A stretch of DNA of 64,000 nucleotides from a bacterium (GTDB taxonomy: Bacteria > Patescibacteriota > Minisyncoccia > Phycocordibacterales > Phycocordibacteraceae), in contig JBBCGK010000001.1 of the NCBI GenBank assembly GCA_037200965.1, positions 736,001 through 800,000 on the forward strand, written 5' to 3'. The notes below the pieces were generated by a model, which did no database searches, was not told the DNA's origin, and saw only the letters and a program-made list of their open reading frames with translations. The translations under genes were made by a program, and so were the position numbers. Positions 59,140 through 64,000 of this stretch are shown in pieces. Each line of letters starts with the position of its first letter. Within the stretch, counting starts at the first letter, position 1.

Positions 59140-59575
59140 AGAAGAATATCCTGATGTCGCGTATTGCCTCGTTTGCGTCACGCGGCCGATGCAGCGCGTT
59201 TCGCCAGTATTTCCGCCTGCCGCCGATGATATCGGCGTTCGGAATGCCGAACTGCCGGCGCAGCGTCGATTCATGGCATTTGCCCGGATTGGTTTCTTTT
59301 CCCGCGAGCGCGAAGAAACGACGTATCGCGTCTTTGCCCTCGAGGAGGAGGACCGGAGTCGCATGGCCGAGATAGTGGTCGACAGTCGCTTCCACGATCT
59401 CCTCGGGGCATCGCGGGTACATGCTCTGGATGGTGTTTAGCGCGTTGGCTCGGAAATCCCAGCGATATTCCCGCTGACCCACCACCATAAGTCCGATATT
59501 GGCGATACGGCGCCGTATTTCGGGCGCATACCGCACCGCCTCAGGTTTCAGCAGTGCAACAGTGTGTTCACGCAT
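59138..59575 (-). CDS. nucleoside diphosphate kinase family protein (divergent, catalytic His retained)
   Basis: It aligns to NDK: ALLKPEAV (≈FSIIKPNAV), VLLLEGKDAIRRF…TNP…TLRRQFG, and NALHRPRDANEAIRDIRIFF (≈[20 protein letters not shown]). There is a GGGAG RBS. Confidence 0.65.
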   Translation of the reverse strand: MREHTVALLKPEAVRYAPEIRRRIANIGLMVVGQREYRWDFRANALNTIQSMYPRCPEEIVEATVDHYLGHATPVLLLEGKDAIRRFFALAGKETNPGKCHESTLRRQFGIPNADIIGGRRKYWRNALHRPRDANEAIRDIRIFF

Positions 59576-59663
59576 GGTGTTCTCCCGGAACTGTCTCGGA
59601 TTGCATCGTAACTCGTATGTAAGTTCGTGTCAAGCTCTGCTTCGTGCTGTATACTCGTGCGTA

Positions 59664-60248
59664 ATGGAGGAGATAGAAGCTAAGTTTCTTGGGATAGATA
59701 CCGAGACCATCGAAAAGAGACTTCAGGAGTTAGGGGCGATATTCGAAAAGGAACGCCTCATGTACGCGATATCGTTCGATTTTCCGGGATTTCCGCTCGA
59801 CGCGAACTCCGCGTGGGTCCGGCTCCGCAACGAAGGGGATGTAATCAAAATCGCGTTCAAACAACGGCTTGGGGTAAAGGCCGACGGCGGGAACGACGAC
59901 GGCATGAGAGAAATAGAAACCGAAGCAGGGCACTTTGAGGACATGCGTCAGATATTGCTTGCGATCGGAATGGTGGAGAAGTTCGTTATGGAAAAGAAGC
60001 GCCGTTCCTGGGTTAAGGATGGTATCCGTTACGATATCGATTTCTGGCCGCGGCTCGATCCGTATCTTGAGATCGAGACTGACAGCTGGGACAGGCTCGA
60101 GGAAGCCGCCCGCGAACTGGGCCTCAAGCCCGAAGAGAAGAAGATTTTCTCCGCAAGCCAGATTTATAAAATGGCGGGAATCAACGACACCGACTATGTT
60201 CAGATGACTTTTGCAGAGTGGGTGCCGAGAGATCCGTCCGCTTCGTAA
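59664..60248 (+). CDS. CYTH-domain protein (triphosphate tunnel metalloenzyme; class IV adenylate cyclase / triphosphatase family)
   Basis: N-terminal EIEAKF (ExExK) motif and a later …E.E.E…W…D…E pattern. The start is taken at the internal Met because the upstream part of the ORF overlaps the convergent NDK-like gene. Confidence 0.6.
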   Translation: MEEIEAKFLGIDTETIEKRLQELGAIFEKERLMYAISFDFPGFPLDANSAWVRLRNEGDVIKIAFKQRLGVKADGGNDDGMREIETEAGHFEDMRQILLAIGMVEKFVMEKKRRSWVKDGIRYDIDFWPRLDPYLEIETDSWDRLEEAARELGLKPEEKKIFSASQIYKMAGINDTDYVQMTFAEWVPRDPSAS

Positions 60249-60293
60249 AGCGAAAGGGCGGCACCGGGATGAACCCAGTGCCGCCCCGTAACA
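60246..60293. repeat. GC-rich hairpin repeat copy 2 (bidirectional terminator)
   Basis: GUAAAGCGAAAGGGCGGCACCGGG-augaa-CCCAGUGCCGCCCCG. Confidence 0.6.
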
Positions 60294-60296
60294 TCT

Positions 60297-60740
60297 CTAC
60301 GCCCAACATTCGAAGAGCGACGCATCCCAGCGGGCTTCGTCCTGATTTGCCGGACGAAGAACGCCGTTCTTCCAGTATCGCAGGCCATCGCCGAGGTCGT
60401 CAGGGTGATGCACGCCGTACAGATAGCGGAGGGTACGTGTTCCGCATTCGCCAGGGCTCATCTGCGCGCCCGCAAGTTCGCGGAATCTTTCGATCGCATC
60501 GCGCCCGGTGATCAAGAGCATGGAGACGCGATAACCAAGAAAGCTTTGAACCGTCGCCTCGATGACATCGCCCGGGACGCGATACAGCAGATGACCCACG
60601 TATTCTTCGGTCTTCGCGCGGTTGTCGCAGTAAAAACTGGTTTCCCGCGAGATGGTCAGGCCGCTTACCGCGATGTTGCCGCGGATGGCAGGGAGGCGGC
60701 CGATAGCTTCCGGGCGGATAATGGCCACGGTGGATTGCAT
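60297..60740 (-). CDS. NDK-family paralogue with catalytic His replaced (NGVLRP), likely pseudo-enzyme
   Basis: Paralogous to 59138-59575 (AIIRPEAI…MLLITGRDAIERFRELAG…TLRYLYG…NGVLRPANQDEARWDASLF). There is a strong AAGGAG RBS. Confidence 0.6.
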   Translation of the reverse strand: MQSTVAIIRPEAIGRLPAIRGNIAVSGLTISRETSFYCDNRAKTEEYVGHLLYRVPGDVIEATVQSFLGYRVSMLLITGRDAIERFRELAGAQMSPGECGTRTLRYLYGVHHPDDLGDGLRYWKNGVLRPANQDEARWDASLFECWA

Positions 60741-60872
60741 GGGATACTCCTTACGCAGAGGAACTGTTGCGGTCCGTACCATACACCCCGCAGGAGTGGA
60801 TTGTCGAGCGGACGAAACCGATATCGTTTATGAAAAAAAGGACGGGCCCGAAAGCCCGCCCTCCATCTGCCT

Positions 60873-61508
60873 TTAGACCCTAGCAATCCGCGCCCAGAAC
60901 GTTTCACCGTCCTCCTCCGATCCCAGCTGCAAAGCAAACCCGCAAGCCGCAAGATGCGGAGTGAGGGTCTCCAGCGTCCAGTCGGTAACGAGCATCCTAT
61001 GCTCCGAAGGAATAAGGGGATTGTCGGCGCTCGTCAGTATCCGGTCACCCGTTCCTGACGAACCGATGATAATACCGGATGCCTCTGGCTTGAGGATCCG
61101 GCGGATGCTCGTAAGCGCGGCTTCTATGTTATGGCGCCGGATATGAGCCAACGAGAATGCCGCGACGAATCCGTCGCACCGTTCCGTGACGACCGATGCC
61201 AGATTAAGCACGTTTCCGATCCGGAAGTCGTTTTTCGGATAGCGGAAACGGGCGATAGCGACGAGTTCGGGGCAGGGATCCACCCCTATCGGGTGCCGTA
61301 TTCCGAGTTCGCCGAATGCTTCCATGGCGCCTCCGAACCCGCATCCGATATCCGCAACGACCGGATGCTCGGGTAGGGCATACCGCCAGTGCCATAAAAA
61401 CGAAGTGGCGGTCATGCGGTCGTCGAAGCTTGCGTAGGCAGCGGCCGTGGCGCCGTATGCGGCGAGTGTCGCCCGTTCCATTTCGTCCTGCGGTATGTGC
61501 GCGTTCAA
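60873..61508 (-). CDS. class I SAM-dependent methyltransferase
   Basis: Motif I VVADIGCGFGG. Confidence 0.7.
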   Translation of the reverse strand: MNAHIPQDEMERATLAAYGATAAAYASFDDRMTATSFLWHWRYALPEHPVVADIGCGFGGAMEAFGELGIRHPIGVDPCPELVAIARFRYPKNDFRIGNVLNLASVVTERCDGFVAAFSLAHIRRHNIEAALTSIRRILKPEASGIIIGSSGTGDRILTSADNPLIPSEHRMLVTDWTLETLTPHLAACGFALQLGSEEDGETFWARIARV

Positions 61509-61587
61509 GGGAACCTCCCCAATGTTTTTCCTGCCTCAATATAACTGTATATCTCTGTATGTCAAATAGCGACTCTTTGTCTGATTT

Positions 61588-62364
61588 CTATTGCCTCAGC
61601 CCAAGTCCTTTCTTTATGAAATACCAGTTGACGGCAAGGAGGATGCCCGCAAGCGCGACCAGAACTCCGGTCGAAGCGAAGATGGAGACGTCGGCAAAGC
61701 CGAGGAAGCCGTACCGGAATCCGTTCACGATATAGAAGATCGGATTGAAAAGCGTCGCTGTCTGCCACCAGTCCGGGAGCGTCCCGATCGAATAGAAGAC
61801 GCCGCCGAGATAGACGAGCGGGGTGAGGACGAAGGTCGGTACGATGGTGATGCCGTCGAAGTTCGTCGCATAGATGCCGTTTATGAGTCCGCCAAGGGCG
61901 AATACGAGGCTTGCGAGCACGAGGAAGAGAAGAACGATGAGCGGATGCGCGATCGAGGGGAGCGCGAAGAAAAGCGAAACCAGAAGCACGAGAATGCCGA
62001 CGAGGACGCCGCGGACGATGCCGCTCGCCACGTACCCGGCGATAAGCGTCACGGGAGAAGTGGGTGAGACAAGCACTTCGTCGATGTTGCGCGAGAAGAA
62101 CTTGGACGTGAAGAAGGTGGTCGCCACGTCGGTATACGCGTTCGTGATCACGGCGAGCATCACGAGTCCCGGGACGACGAAGAGGATATACGGCACGCCC
62201 TCGATGGTGCCGATCCGTGAGCCGAGGATCGCCCCGAAGACCGCGAAATAAAGCACGGACGTGACGAGCGAGGGAAGAAGCGTCTGCGACCAAATGCGGA
62301 TGATGCGCATCACGCCTTTGCGGAGGATCGTATAGAAGGAAACGAGCTGCTGGTCGAAGGGCAT
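61588..62364 (-). CDS. ABC-2 family transporter permease
   Basis: Six TM helices and the ABC-2 permease signature region. Confidence 0.8.
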   Translation of the reverse strand: MPFDQQLVSFYTILRKGVMRIIRIWSQTLLPSLVTSVLYFAVFGAILGSRIGTIEGVPYILFVVPGLVMLAVITNAYTDVATTFFTSKFFSRNIDEVLVSPTSPVTLIAGYVASGIVRGVLVGILVLLVSLFFALPSIAHPLIVLLFLVLASLVFALGGLINGIYATNFDGITIVPTFVLTPLVYLGGVFYSIGTLPDWWQTATLFNPIFYIVNGFRYGFLGFADVSIFASTGVLVALAGILLAVNWYFIKKGLGLRQ

Positions 62365-62365
62365 A

Positions 62366-63124
62366 TCAGTTCTGGGTGAGCTTCACGAAAATATCCTCGA
62401 GCTTGCCGCCGCCGTAGCCGCTCGCGGGCGCGCTGTCGTCGTGAAGCGCGAGGATTTCCTGCATCGTGCCCTTGGCGACGATCTCGCCCTTGTTGATGAT
62501 CGCCACGTGCTTCGCGAGCCGCTCCGCTTCCTCGAGATAATGGGTCGTGAGGAGGATGGTGATGCCTGCTTTGGTAAGGGTCGTGAGATAGTCCCACATG
62601 CTTCTTCGAAGTTCCACGTCGACGCCTGCCGTCGGCTCGTCGAGGATGAGGAATTTCGGCTCATGGATGAGCGCGCGGGCGATCATGAGCCTTCGCTTCA
62701 TGCCGCCCGAGAGCTTGAAGCCGATCTGGCCGAGCTTATCGGAGAGTCCCATGTCGGCGAGGAGCTTCTCGGCGCGCGGTATCGCGATCTTTCTCGGGAT
62801 ACCGTAGTACCCCGCCTGGTTTACGAGAATATCCAAAGGCTTCTCGAAGGGATTGAAGTTGATCTCCTGCCCGCAGACTCCGATCATGGTACGTGCCTTT
62901 CCTGAATCCGTATCGATATCGTGCCCGAAGACCTTCACGCCGCCGCCTGTCTTGTTCACGAGTCCCGTGACGATGCCGATGATGGTCGTCTTCCCGGCAC
63001 CGTTGGGGCCAAGGAGCGCAAAGAAGTCGCCTGCGGGGACGGTGAGGGAGACGCCCTTGAGGGCTTCGGTGCCGGTATCGTATTTCTTCTTGAGGTCGGT
63101 AAGGACGAGCGCGGGTTCCTGCAT
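62366..63124 (-). CDS. ABC transporter ATP-binding protein
   Basis: Walker A GPNGAGKTT, signature LSGGMKRRL, Walker B ILDEPTAGVD. Confidence 0.9.
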   Translation of the reverse strand: MQEPALVLTDLKKKYDTGTEALKGVSLTVPAGDFFALLGPNGAGKTTIIGIVTGLVNKTGGGVKVFGHDIDTDSGKARTMIGVCGQEINFNPFEKPLDILVNQAGYYGIPRKIAIPRAEKLLADMGLSDKLGQIGFKLSGGMKRRLMIARALIHEPKFLILDEPTAGVDVELRRSMWDYLTTLTKAGITILLTTHYLEEAERLAKHVAIINKGEIVAKGTMQEILALHDDSAPASGYGGGKLEDIFVKLTQN

Positions 63125-63310
63125 GAGGTTAGGAGTATAGCATATGCGACTTTTCCGGATTTTCTATGAATCTACGAAACGACCCTTGTTTCATAGGATG
63201 TGGAGAACTTTGCTTTCCGGGACCGGAAGAGTATAATAGAGGTCTAACAGCACCACCTCTGTCCTCACGGGCAGGGGTGGTTCTTTGTCTGGCTGGCTTA
63301 TAATTATCAA

Positions 63311-63603
63311 ATGGCGAAAGAACGAGTTGCGGTGTACATCGACGGAGGCAACACCTAGATGTAAAGATCGCCGTGGATGTGGTCATCGGAGCCGCCGACG
63401 ACCTGTACGATACGGCGATTATCGTCAGTTCCGATACGGACCTCATACCGGCAGTTAAATATGTGCGCAACGGGAAGAAGAAGGCGGTCGAATACGTTGG
63501 CTTTGCAGGCTCGCCCTCGCTCGGCATGATCAAGGAGTGTAATCAGCAACGCCTTCCGGCGAAGGAAGACTTGTTGCCCTTTCAATATACAAAAGAGTCG
63601 TAA
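63311..63603 (+). pseudogene. NYN/LabA-like (PIN-fold) domain gene remnant with internal deletion and frameshift
   Basis: The N-terminal fragment MAKERVAVYIDGGNT ends in a stop at 63356-63358. The C-terminal fragment …KIAVDVVIGAADDLYDTAIIVSSDTDLIPAVKYVRNGKKKAVEYVGF is in another frame. The central ~70 aa of the domain are missing. Confidence 0.55.
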
Positions 63604-63618
63604 ACGACCGAAGGCGTT

Positions 63619-64000
63619 TTAGAGCGTGCGAAGTTCCTCGGTAAGCCGGTCTACGTAGGAAAAGAATTCCGGAGAGCGCGGATTGCGCGGCCGGGGAAGA
63701 TCGATCGCGATGGTCTTCCGTACCATCCCCGGATGTGCGCCCATGATGAGTATCTCGTCGGAGAGCTCTATCGCGTCCGGAATCAGGTGGTTCACCATCA
63801 GTATCGTCATGCCGTACTGCTTCCAGAGCTTAAGGAGGTCGGCTTTGAGTTCCTCGGCGGTGATGGTATCGAGGTTCGAGAACGGCTCGTCCATAAGGAG
63901 AAGATCGGGCGAGACGGCGAGCGCCCGGGCAAGCCCGACCCTCTGGCGCTGGCCGCCCGAGAGCGCGCCTGGATAGTGGCGCTCGAGGTGCGGAAGACCT
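63619..64000 (-). CDS. ABC transporter ATP-binding protein (NitT/TauT-like), 5' end beyond window
   Basis: LSGGQRQRV signature and LLLMDEPFSNLD Walker B. The ORF is open to the window edge. Confidence 0.75.
   Translation of the reverse strand, partial: GLPHLERHYPGALSGGQRQRVGLARALAVSPDLLLMDEPFSNLDTITAEELKADLLKLWKQYGMTILMVNHLIPDAIELSDEILIMGAHPGMVRKTIAIDLPRPRNPRSPEFFSYVDRLTEELRTL

Overview
This is a high-GC (~60%+) bacterial chromosomal window with three lower-GC blocks (2.4-3.1 kb, 19.9-21.5 kb, 45.2-52.8 kb), and most genes are tightly packed and ATGA-coupled. Core content includes an essentially complete type IV pilus / competence cluster: comFC, pilM, pilN, pilO, pilB, a CheY-like receiver, pilT, pilC, major pilin, prepilin peptidase and four minor pilins. 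No secretin gene is visible in this cluster. Housekeeping genes follow: ligA, gatCA, prfB, ftsEX, pyrG, two tRNA-Thr genes, tRNA-Asp and a tRNA(CAU). The most striking feature is a second tRNA(CAU) gene whose anticodon loop is interrupted by a ~221-nt group I intron resembling the Azoarcus tRNA-Ile intron. A low-GC islet with an intact IS1595-family element flanked by 10-bp direct repeats follows it. There are two giant secreted proteins (2359 aa and ~1000 aa) that share an N-terminal module and a C-terminal peptidase-S74-like intramolecular-chaperone domain plus a Pro-rich tail. Between them lie an M23 peptidase, a P-loop ATPase and an operon of four small secreted/membrane proteins. Other notable content includes a bacterial SET-domain protein, a candidate sRNA with its own promoter and terminator, and an E1/ThiF-like enzyme with an N-terminal extension next to a SAM methyltransferase and flanked by a two-component system. 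There is also a duplicated terminator-hairpin plus divergent NDK-like gene pair flanking a CYTH protein, a LAGLIDADG-like ORF abutting a tRNA, and a peptidase-G1-like protein. No CRISPR array or rRNA was seen. Taxonomic flavour (small-cell symbiont / Patescibacteria-like) is inference only.
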